Positions 1 through 7,347 of a DNA stretch of 39,262 nucleotides are shown here, piece by piece. Under the pieces are notes generated by a model. That model did not search any database. It was given only the letters and a program-made list of their open reading frames with translations, and was not told where the DNA came from. The position numbers and the translations under genes are program-made. The DNA is taken from positions 1 to 39,262 of the forward strand of contig JAFAAJ010000037.1 of the NCBI GenBank assembly GCA_023426625.1, written 5' to 3'. This stretch comes from Bacteroidota bacterium (GTDB lineage Bacteria; Bacteroidota; Bacteroidia; Flavobacteriales; Weeksellaceae). Within the stretch, counting starts at the first letter, position 1. The number at the start of each line of letters is the position of its first letter.

Positions 1-890
1 TCCCAACCATTGAACAAGAGAAAATTACGGTTGAGATCGATGAGAAATTAAACTCGGTCAACCCAAGAAATATCATCATCAAAAAACACGGAATTGCACA
101 GCCTAGAGTTTTTGCTCCGGTTTTCCCGGGGACAAACTGTGAGTATGAAACCATGAATGCGTTCATGAAGGAAGGGGCAATTGTCAATAGTTTACCGCTT
201 AAAAATATCAACCACCAATTACTTGATGAAAGCATCGACGCATGGGTGAAAGAAATTAAACAGTCACAGATTTTGGCATTCTCCGGAGGTTTCTCTGCGG
301 GTGATGAACCGGACGGTTCTGCGAAGTTTATCGTGAATGTTCTGAAGAATGAGAAAATGAAAAACGCCGTTCATGACCTGTTGGAAAGAGACGGAATGAT
401 CATCGGGATCTGTAACGGTTTCCAGGCTTTAATTAAATCAGGATTGTTACCGTACGGACAAATTAAAGATCTGGATGAAAATTCACCTACGTTGGCTCAC
501 AATGCCATCAGAAGACACATCTCTCAAATGGTGAATGTGAAGGTGGTGAATGATGAAAGTCCATGGTTGAAAGGAATGAAAGATCAGGTGTTCACTATTC
601 CGATCTCTCATGGTGAAGGACGTTTCATGGCTTCTCAAGAAGAGATTGAAAAGCTGTATAAAAACGGACAGGTTGCTACTCAATACATCGACTTTGACGG
701 AAATATTGCTCACGGAATGCCGTTCAACCCCAATAACTCTTTATTCGGTATTGAAGGGATCACAAGTGCATGCGGAAAGATTTTCGGTAGAATGGGACAT
801 CCTGAACGTTTTGCAGATGGCTTAATGAAAAATATCCCAACTGCAAACTATCACAACATCTTTAAAAACGGAGTTGAGTATTTTAAATAA
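1..890 (+). CDS. purL: Phosphoribosylformylglycinamidine synthase, C-terminal glutamine amidotransferase domain (5'-truncated by window edge)
   Basis: Frame is open from base 3 (PTIEQ...VFPGTNCEYETM). Motifs FPGTNCE, GGFSAGD, GICNGFQ (catalytic Cys), SHGEG, MGHPER. Confidence 0.95.
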   Translation, partial: PTIEQEKITVEIDEKLNSVNPRNIIIKKHGIAQPRVFAPVFPGTNCEYETMNAFMKEGAIVNSLPLKNINHQLLDESIDAWVKEIKQSQILAFSGGFSAGDEPDGSAKFIVNVLKNEKMKNAVHDLLERDGMIIGICNGFQALIKSGLLPYGQIKDLDENSPTLAHNAIRRHISQMVNVKVVNDESPWLKGMKDQVFTIPISHGEGRFMASQEEIEKLYKNGQVATQYIDFDGNIAHGMPFNPNNSLFGIEGITSACGKIFGRMGHPERFADGLMKNIPTANYHNIFKNGVEYFK

Positions 891-914
891 GTAATCGATA
901 CTTTATACATATTG

Positions 915-941
915 AAAAGCCGCAAGAAATTGCGGCTTTTT
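915..941 (+). terminator. Rho-independent terminator of purL
   Basis: AAAAGCCGCAA-GAAA-TTGCGGCTTTT hairpin with T tract. Confidence 0.85.
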
Positions 942-1008
942 ATGTTGTCTCACAGAAAATTGAATTAATGTTGTTGGTTATCGGGAATTTGTTTAATTTG
1001 GTGGGATA
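937..1008 (+). repeat. 72-bp direct repeat, copy 1
   Basis: TTTTTATGTTGTCTCACAGAAAATTGAATT...TTAATTTGGTGGGATA; matches 2594-2665 except A954 vs G2611. Confidence 0.95.
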
Positions 1009-1071
1009 AGTTGTACATTAATGAGAAGTATAAACTATTTCCATAATATATTTTAATTCTTTTATTACAAA

Positions 1072-1716
1072 TTGAAAAAAGCATTTTTACTTTTTATTAT
1101 TTGGGTTTCGCTTATAAGTTGTCTGAATACTAAATCCTTAAGACCTGAAGAAGATACAAAAGAGTATAATGAAACTTTGTATTTTGCAACATATGATGAA
1201 AATAAATATCCAAAAGATACTTTAAATACCGGTCCCAATGATTCACTTTCTCTTTTTGAAAATAAATGGTTTTCAAAACATTTAAATTCAATGGGTGAAC
1301 TTCCTATATTCAGTGAAAAAAGTAAAAAAGGTTTAAGAATAGTTAGGTATATCAATTTGGGAACGTGGTCTCATCCATTTATCTACAGAATAGAGCAAGT
1401 TGAAAGAAAGACGGTTAAGGTTTTTAAACAGACAAATGGTTTAGGAGGCTATCAAACGGGAAGAATTATTAAAGAACAAGATAAAATAATAAATTCTAAA
1501 ATATGGGATAAAATCATTTTTAAAGCTAATAATATAGATTTTTGGAATATGCCAACGCATGATTCGAAATATATTTTAGATGGAAAAATGTGGATTTTAG
1601 AAATTTTAATAGATGGAAAATATCATGTGGTGACGAGGAATAGTCCAGATCACTATGGAGATGAAAAGTTTATAGAACTATGTAAATTAGTCAGCAAATA
1701 TACTGTAGAGAAATGA
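1072..1716 (+). CDS. Hypothetical lipoprotein
   Basis: 214-aa ORF with TTG start, MKK plus hydrophobic stretch and a LISC lipobox-like motif. Confidence 0.7.
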   Translation: MKKAFLLFIIWVSLISCLNTKSLRPEEDTKEYNETLYFATYDENKYPKDTLNTGPNDSLSLFENKWFSKHLNSMGELPIFSEKSKKGLRIVRYINLGTWSHPFIYRIEQVERKTVKVFKQTNGLGGYQTGRIIKEQDKIINSKIWDKIIFKANNIDFWNMPTHDSKYILDGKMWILEILIDGKYHVVTRNSPDHYGDEKFIELCKLVSKYTVEK

Positions 1717-1752
1717 AACCAACTCCGTTCAACTTATTTAGTTCTGAAAAAA

Positions 1753-2580
1753 TTGGCAACATATACTGTAAATTTCTTTAAATACCTCATATTTTTTCTT
1801 TTGGTTTTAGGATGTACTGCTAAAAGCCGTGTAACAGAATCCATTCATAACAAAAAGCAGGCAACTATTTATGTGGATTATCAGATATCTAAAGATAAAA
1901 TTACTTTTGATATTAGAAATTCGCTGCATTCACCAGTAAGGATAAGTCTGAGAACAAAAGATTCAGTATTACAACAACGTTTTGGTACATTGACCCTGCA
2001 ACCCCTAAAAGATACCATATATGTAATTGGTAATACGGATCTCGATCAAAAGAATTTGAATTTTAAGGTGGAATTGGGAGATGTACAAAAGAGCATTGTT
2101 AAGAAAAAGCTTGGTCTTCCATTCGCTAAAGGGAAGTCATATGAAATTTTGCAGTCTCATAATGGAAGCTTTTCGCATGATCAGGAGGATTCGAGATTTG
2201 CAATTGACTTTGCCATGAAAGTGGGAGATACTGTATTTGCAGCTGATGAAGGCTATATTGTTGGGGTGATTGATTTTAATGATCAATATGGGAATGAGTC
2301 ATTTAGGGACTATGCTAATTTCGTAACGGTATACAACGATAAGACCGGTGTTTATATTCAGTATGTTCATCTGAAAAAGGATAAGGTTTTTGTGAAAGTA
2401 GGAGAGAAGGTAAAGAAAAATCAACCTATTGCGTTAGTAGGACTTTCCGGATTTATGGATGGTGAACATTTGCATTTTAATACACTCGTACCCTCAGAAT
2501 CGGGATTAAAATCTATTCCGTCAGATTTCGATGAATATAATGGTGAAGAAATCTATAAAGGAAAAGTTGTTTCACATTAG
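1753..2580 (+). CDS. M23 family metallopeptidase, probable lipoprotein
   Basis: SH...AIDF, AADEG, QYVHL, GEKVKKNQPIALVG and GEHLHF (HxH) motifs; LGC lipobox-like motif; start uncertain. Confidence 0.85.
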   Translation: MATYTVNFFKYLIFFLLVLGCTAKSRVTESIHNKKQATIYVDYQISKDKITFDIRNSLHSPVRISLRTKDSVLQQRFGTLTLQPLKDTIYVIGNTDLDQKNLNFKVELGDVQKSIVKKKLGLPFAKGKSYEILQSHNGSFSHDQEDSRFAIDFAMKVGDTVFAADEGYIVGVIDFNDQYGNESFRDYANFVTVYNDKTGVYIQYVHLKKDKVFVKVGEKVKKNQPIALVGLSGFMDGEHLHFNTLVPSESGLKSIPSDFDEYNGEEIYKGKVVSH

Positions 2581-2593
2581 TTTGGATCAGTAG

Positions 2594-2665
2594 TTTTTAT
2601 GTTGTCTCACGGAAAATTGAATTAATGTTGTTGGTTATCGGGAATTTGTTTAATTTGGTGGGATA
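2594..2665 (+). repeat. 72-bp direct repeat, copy 2
   Basis: 71/72 identical to 937-1008. Confidence 0.95.
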
Positions 2666-2672
2666 TAGTTTA

Positions 2673-2713
2673 GATAAACGCATTGCGTTTATCCAATCGT
2701 TACCTGCTATGTT
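2673..2713 (+). other. Putative primary insertion (attI-like) site at the head of the cassette array
   Basis: Perfect palindrome GATAAACGCA-T-TGCGTTTATC (2673-2693), then G|TTACCTGCTATGTT (2699-2713), the left end of cassette A. No attC-like hairpin precedes it. Confidence 0.5.
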
Positions 2714-3520
2714 AGAAAACAGAACGTTTAAAATGACAAATATGGAATACGACAAAACAAAATTTAAAATTTGGACTTGGAAAAATCCAGTTATGTTACA
2801 TTGGATTATAAATCCCGGACTTGTTATCAATGAATTATTATTAGGACAAAGAGTTCCTAAAATAATGTTGATTGAAAAAGACTCTTCAAAAAGTTTACAA
2901 GAGAAAACGAAAATCCCTTGCCCACATTGTGGAACACTTCACTCAGGACTTAAATGGTCAACAAGGAATAATGCTTTTAAAAATTGGTTTGGACTATATT
3001 GCGACAACTGTGGAAAGACCATTCCCTGCTTGACAAACTTGACAACTTTACTTTTGCTTGGTTTGACATTTCCAACATGGATTTGGTTTAAAGATAAATT
3101 GAAAAACAATTGGTTAAAGAAACAGCCGAACAGATATAAAAATCTTGACTTAGAAAATATTCCTAGTCCATTTGAAGGTTATGGTTGGGTAAGACAAGGA
3201 CTTTTTTGGGGTGCATTTATGTATGTTTTTATGACTTTTATGTTTCCGTTAATTGACGGAGAAGGAATTACATTAAGAAAGGCACTTATTGGAATACCTA
3301 TTTGGACAATTGGTGGACTTGGGTTTGGCTACACAATGAAACTAATAAGCGGAAAAAGTAAACCTAAAACACAGACGAACTAAGAAACACAGCAGGTAAC
3401 AGCAGTTTGGCAAAATGGCGGGTTCGGTGCCTAAATAGAACATTTGGTTTTCAAATGAACATTAGTGCAAAATTGAAAGTAAGTGCTTCTAAATCCGCCA
3501 CTTCGCCAAGCTGCCAACCG
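2700..3520 (+). mobile_element. Integron-like gene cassette A
   Basis: Left end GTTACCTGCTATGTT (2699-2713) is the reverse complement (14/15) of AACACAGCAGGTAAC (3386-3400), which follows the stop codon. Ends in attC-like site 1. Confidence 0.8.
2733..3383 (+). CDS. Hypothetical membrane protein with putative zinc-ribbon (cassette A gene)
   Basis: CPHC...CDNC cysteine pairs and about three hydrophobic segments. Start set at ATG 2733 (or 2742) because the ORF-track start at 2625 lies in the non-coding repeat. Confidence 0.75.
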   Translation: MTNMEYDKTKFKIWTWKNPVMLHWIINPGLVINELLLGQRVPKIMLIEKDSSKSLQEKTKIPCPHCGTLHSGLKWSTRNNAFKNWFGLYCDNCGKTIPCLTNLTTLLLLGLTFPTWIWFKDKLKNNWLKKQPNRYKNLDLENIPSPFEGYGWVRQGLFWGAFMYVFMTFMFPLIDGEGITLRKALIGIPIWTIGGLGFGYTMKLISGKSKPKTQTN

Positions 3521-3533
3521 TTGTAGGAAATGC
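3386..3533 (+). repeat. attC-like palindromic site 1
   Basis: AAC-a-GCAGTTTGGCAAAATGGCGG ... CCGCCACTTCGCCAAGCTGC-caacc-GTT imperfect inverted repeat; homologous to sites 2 and 3. Confidence 0.85.
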
Positions 3534-4856
3534 AAAATCGAAACGTTAAAACAAAATGCAACTTATGAAAGCAATTTTTCCATTATTTATTCTTTTCCTG
3601 TTTATTTCTTGCAACAAAGTGATAAAAAATGAACAAAAAAATTTAAAAGAAGAAACCCAGAACGCTAATGTTACTCTAAGAACATCAGTTATAAAGCCTT
3701 CTGAAAAAACAAATGGTAAAATCAATAATATAGACGTTGGTTGTGGATATACATATAGATTAAAAGGCACAAACATTGATTTATCATTACCTCAAAAAAG
3801 GGAAACAGAACAAATTAATTCAATTTTACAGCATGTAGGAATTCCTATGAATTTTGAATTTTATAGTGCAAATATTGAAAATGCTGTGGCAACTATGGTT
3901 GATAATAAACGTTATATAATATATGATCAGAGGCTTTTTAATTTTAGTGATAAACTTGGAGCTACATATTGGAATTCAATGTCTATTCTCGCTCATGAAA
4001 TTGGACACCATTTATCTGGACATACATTAAATAATCATAATAATTTAGATGTTGAATTAGAAGCAGATAAATTTTCCGGATTTATACTTTTCAAAATGGG
4101 AGCAAAACTATCTGAAGCAACAAATGCAATAACATTATTAGGTTCTGAAAATGACAGCGATACTCACCCCTCGAAACACCGACGAATCGCTGCTATTACA
4201 AACGGTTGGAATGAAGCTAATGCACAGAGATATAGTAGTGCAATACCGCCACCACCTATTGATGATGATAATGTATTTCAGATTAGTGTTTTCAATGAAA
4301 AAGATATACTCTCTCAAGACATTATTGAATATGTCAATAACAATGGAAATCAGTATAATGATTATGAAGGGATAATAATCAATATTGACAGAGAAGATCC
4401 TTCAGGTAATAATATTGACCCACATCACAACATGTTGGTAACTATAGAATTAACAAAAGTAAATAAGGAACATTATGATGAAAATAGAAAAATTGGACAA
4501 AGATATCAATTCAATTTAATAGATTATTATCAAAATGATAGAGTAACCTTATCATGGTTAGAAGCATTAATGGTACCTGGTAGAAAAATTAGATTTAAAA
4601 CATTTTATATTGGGTGGGGTAGTGAAAGTTTTACATATATTGAAAAAAAACGCAGATAAAAGCACTTCCTACAACATCGGCTTGGCGAAATGGCGGGTTA
4701 AGGGAAATATAGAAAGTTTGTGCATTTTTATCCGCAACAGCTTTTTATATTTCCTTTTTTCTTAATTTAGTAAATATAAAAAAGCTGTCGCTCAAGTTAG
4801 TGCAAAATTGAAAGTTTCGGCTTTCTAATCCGCCACTATCGCCAAGCCGCGGCTGG
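3521..4856 (+). mobile_element. Integron-like gene cassette B
   Basis: Left end GTTGTAGGAAATGC (3520-3533) is the reverse complement (13/14) of GCACTTCCTACAAC (4662-4675). Confidence 0.8.
3556..4659 (+). CDS. Lipoprotein with M48-like HEXXH zinc metalloprotease domain (cassette B gene)
   Basis: FISC lipobox-like motif; NAVA, LAHEIGHH, ELEADKFSG and THP motifs; start may be 3565. Confidence 0.8.
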   Translation: MQLMKAIFPLFILFLFISCNKVIKNEQKNLKEETQNANVTLRTSVIKPSEKTNGKINNIDVGCGYTYRLKGTNIDLSLPQKRETEQINSILQHVGIPMNFEFYSANIENAVATMVDNKRYIIYDQRLFNFSDKLGATYWNSMSILAHEIGHHLSGHTLNNHNNLDVELEADKFSGFILFKMGAKLSEATNAITLLGSENDSDTHPSKHRRIAAITNGWNEANAQRYSSAIPPPPIDDDNVFQISVFNEKDILSQDIIEYVNNNGNQYNDYEGIIINIDREDPSGNNIDPHHNMLVTIELTKVNKEHYDENRKIGQRYQFNLIDYYQNDRVTLSWLEALMVPGRKIRFKTFYIGWGSESFTYIEKKRR

Positions 4857-4870
4857 TTAGCAGAAATTTT
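4662..4870 (+). repeat. attC-like palindromic site 2
   Basis: AAC-at-CGGCTTGGCGAAATGGCGG ... CCGCCACTATCGCCAAGCCG-cggctg-GTT, with an inner hairpin ACAGCTTTTTATATTT/AAATATAAAAAAGCTGT. Confidence 0.85.
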
Positions 4871-4876
4871 ATAGAA

Positions 4877-5212
4877 ATGAACTCAACAATAGAAATTTTA
4901 TCAAATAAGCTTATTGAAGTTGTAAAAAGTCCACATTATAAATCAAACGGAATTCAAGTATATGATCTTAACTTTGGTGACTATTTTTCAATTTCAAATA
5001 TAATGGATAGTGAAGCTGAGTTTAGTTGTAAAGTTATTAGCGCAGAAATGGCTGTGGATATAATAGATTTAACCAATCAAAAACTTGAACTTCCGAAAAT
5101 CGACAGAACCTTAGTAACAGGGCAAATATATAATGAAATTCTTTCAAATGAAATTGATACTGAAAAAGAATTGTATTTAAATTATTATAAATACTCTAAA
5201 AATATAATTTAA
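4877..5212 (+). CDS. Hypothetical protein (cassette C, gene 1)
   Basis: 111-aa ORF starting 20 bp inside the cassette boundary; no motif recognised. Confidence 0.65.
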   Translation: MNSTIEILSNKLIEVVKSPHYKSNGIQVYDLNFGDYFSISNIMDSEAEFSCKVISAEMAVDIIDLTNQKLELPKIDRTLVTGQIYNEILSNEIDTEKELYLNYYKYSKNII

Positions 5213-5217
5213 TAAAT

Positions 5218-5382
5218 ATGGAACAGTTTGTAAAAGCAACATTGAATAACACTGCAAATGAAATAGAAAAGCTTCAAAACGATGTGGAAAAGCTTCAAAA
5301 TGATATTAATATTTATTGAAATCAAAAGCTAATAAACGATAATGTTTTAAAATTACTTAAATACCTTAAGTATAATCAATAA
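5218..5382 (+). pseudogene. Small coiled-coil-like ORF with internal TGA (cassette C, gene 2)
   Basis: MEQFVKATLNNTANEIEKLQNDVEKLQNDINIY*NQKLINDNVLKLLKYLKYNQ*. TGA at 5317-5319; the frame stays open to TAA 5380-5382, which abuts attC-like site 3. Confidence 0.5.
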
Positions 5383-5588
5383 AAACTTCTGCTAACATAG
5401 GTTTTGCAAAATGCGGGGTTAAGTTCTAAGTTGAACATCTACTCTAATTTAGCCGCAACTGCTTTTCATATTCTTTTTTTTCTCTAAATTAGACAATATG
5501 AAAAAACATTTGCTTCGTATGGTCGTTCTTGAACTTTCAATTCTTCAAAAGCCCGCACTTCGCCAATACTTTTTCCTTTGTGTGCAAT
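5382..5588 (+). repeat. attC-like palindromic site 3 (degenerate)
   Basis: AAC-at-AGGTTTTGCAAAATGCGGG ... CCCGCACTTCGCCAATACT-ttttcc-TTT. The expected GTT reads TTT (5577-5579) but is still followed by N7-AT. Confidence 0.78.
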
Positions 5589-5683
5589 ACTGAAAAAATG
5601 GAAGTCACTTTAATGAGGGGTTAGTGTAATTTGAACTAGTTTACCACTTACTCGAAATCTATCACTTTAATTTACTATATCTT

Positions 5684-6757
5684 ATGTTGGATAAGAATTT
5701 TCAAAAAAATATTGAAATTTTAGAAAAATCGCCAGTTTTTAATCTCTCTTTAAGTTCAAAAGAGCTTTTTCATAGTAATTTTATCGCTTGGGTAGCTAAA
5801 ACTTATCCTGTAGAATTCGGAAACCTGTTAGCTAAATATTTTCAGTTTAAAACAGAGAATAATGTGATAACAAAGGTTGAACGAGAATTAAAAAATATTG
5901 ATTTAATAGTAGAGTTTAATTCAGAAATCAAAATTATTTTTGAGAATAAAGTTAAAAGTACTCCTGATGAACCGCAATTGATTGAATATAAAACCAAAAA
6001 TAATGCTGATTATTACGTGCTTTTAACACTCATTAAACCTGCTTTTGATCTTGATGTTACAGGTTGGAAATTAATGCGATATAAAGACTTGTCATCTGTT
6101 GTATTGTCGGCTTTAACTTTTGAAATTGATAATTCCTATCATAAACAATTGATTAGAGATTATATTCAGTTTGTGGATGCTTTATCTTCTTTGTCTAATA
6201 TGATGGCTTTAAATGTGGAAGAGGATTATTTCAACTTTTATGGAACAATACATGCCGGTTTAAAGAGAATTAAATTGCATGATCTATATTTGAAATATAC
6301 TTACAATGAGCTTGTAATAGCTTTAAGAAATAAGATAAAGTCTGAACTGAAAGATTACGAAGTTATTACCGGACAAAAGTATAGTCACAAAATTAATAGA
6401 AATAAAATTGTTATCAATTCATCTATTATGAATGGGAAAGGAATAATAGATATTGACTATTCAAATGAAGATGAAATGATTTATGGAATCATGCTGGATG
6501 GTGAAAGATATAATCTTTATATATACTCTTGGGGAAGTAAATTGGAAAATATACAGGAAATAGCTAATCAACTTCAGGAATCTTCTAAATGGTTTACTTT
6601 CAATAATGTTTTAGACATTGATGTTTATCCTAAAAATGGAAAAAAATTTTATCAGTACGGGAAAAATATGTTGTATCGTTCAATAAAGATTAAAACAGAT
6701 ACTCAATTAAGTTCTTTGTTAGAACGGGTTGTACAGGATTTAAGAAGATTGATTTAA
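5684..6757 (+). CDS. PD-(D/E)XK nuclease superfamily protein (PDDEXK_4-like)
   Basis: ELFHSNFIAW, ERE..NIDL and IIFENKVKS...QL..Y motifs. Confidence 0.8.
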   Translation: MLDKNFQKNIEILEKSPVFNLSLSSKELFHSNFIAWVAKTYPVEFGNLLAKYFQFKTENNVITKVERELKNIDLIVEFNSEIKIIFENKVKSTPDEPQLIEYKTKNNADYYVLLTLIKPAFDLDVTGWKLMRYKDLSSVVLSALTFEIDNSYHKQLIRDYIQFVDALSSLSNMMALNVEEDYFNFYGTIHAGLKRIKLHDLYLKYTYNELVIALRNKIKSELKDYEVITGQKYSHKINRNKIVINSSIMNGKGIIDIDYSNEDEMIYGIMLDGERYNLYIYSWGSKLENIQEIANQLQESSKWFTFNNVLDIDVYPKNGKKFYQYGKNMLYRSIKIKTDTQLSSLLERVVQDLRRLI

Positions 6758-6786
6758 AGTATAAAGTTTTGAAAAGAATTCAATAT

Positions 6787-7152
6787 TTATTTTAAAAATA
6801 ATTCAACATACTTCCAGTAAACAACAATTCCCACCCCTACGGAAGCAATCGTCATCAGGAGAACAGCTCCGGCGGAAATATCTTTAATAAAACCTATTCT
6901 TTTATCGAACTTCGGCTGAATCATATCGCAGATCTTCTCAATTGCAGTATTGAAAATTTCGGCACTTAAAACGCCCAATGAGACCAGAAAGATAAGAGCT
7001 GCATCCAGATTTGAAAGTTCAAGGTAAAAGATCAGAAAAATATTGATCAAAAAGGCAAAAAGTTCTATCCGGAAATTTCTTTCCCTTTTTACCATCAGGA
7101 AAACACCCCGGAAAGCATTAAAAAAACTTTGATGAAGAGGAGGTTTTCTCAT
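6787..7152 (-). CDS. dgkA: Diacylglycerol/undecaprenol kinase family protein
   Basis: SFFNAFRG, ERNFRIE, AEIFNTAIEKICD and IKDISAGAVL motifs; ATG at 7152. Confidence 0.9.
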   Translation of the reverse strand: MRKPPLHQSFFNAFRGVFLMVKRERNFRIELFAFLINIFLIFYLELSNLDAALIFLVSLGVLSAEIFNTAIEKICDMIQPKFDKRIGFIKDISAGAVLLMTIASVGVGIVVYWKYVELFLK

Positions 7153-7318
7153 AAAAAAGATATTATGTGCAAATATAACCAATTGGTGAAAATTATTTCC
7201 TAAATTTAGCAGGAAGGAGTTTTCCTTGTCAAAAACATGTCGGAAACAGCAGGCAAAATCTTTTTGATGGTTGTTAATAACTCTCAGAATTATTTTTTAT
7301 AATCTGTTTTCTATTTAT

Positions 7319-7326
7319 TATATTTG
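7319..7326 (+). promoter_or_regulatory. Bacteroidota -7 promoter element for dnaN
   Basis: TATATTTG matches TAnnTTTG, 21 bp upstream of the ATG. Confidence 0.6.
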
Positions 7327-7347
7327 TAAAAATTTATTTTTAAATCT

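Larger units (their letters stand above)
4857..5577 (+). mobile_element. Integron-like gene cassette C (two ORFs)
   Basis: Left end GTTAGCAGAAATTTT (4856-4870) is the reverse complement (14/15) of AAAACTTCTGCTAAC (5382-5396). Confidence 0.78.

Noticed and set aside
2625..2732. N-terminal extension of the cassette A ORF given in the ORF track
   Set aside because: It runs through the non-coding direct repeat and across the cassette boundary. ATG 2733 or 2742 is more plausible.
5317..5319. Selenocysteine or programmed readthrough at the TGA
   Set aside because: No SECIS-like hairpin follows and there is no redox motif context. A nonsense mutation is simpler.
4877..5382. Toxin-antitoxin pair in two-gene cassette C
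   Set aside because: The size and layout fit, but neither ORF shows a recognisable toxin or antitoxin motif.
3386..5588. CRISPR array or simple terminators as the explanation for the three repeats
   Set aside because: Units are over 120 bp, divergent and separated by whole genes, and no cas genes are present. Terminators would not explain the cassette-specific end complementarity.
5623..5648. Imperfect palindrome AGTGTAATTTGAACTAGTTTACCACT as an IS end
   Set aside because: No partner repeat or target duplication found; too weak to call.
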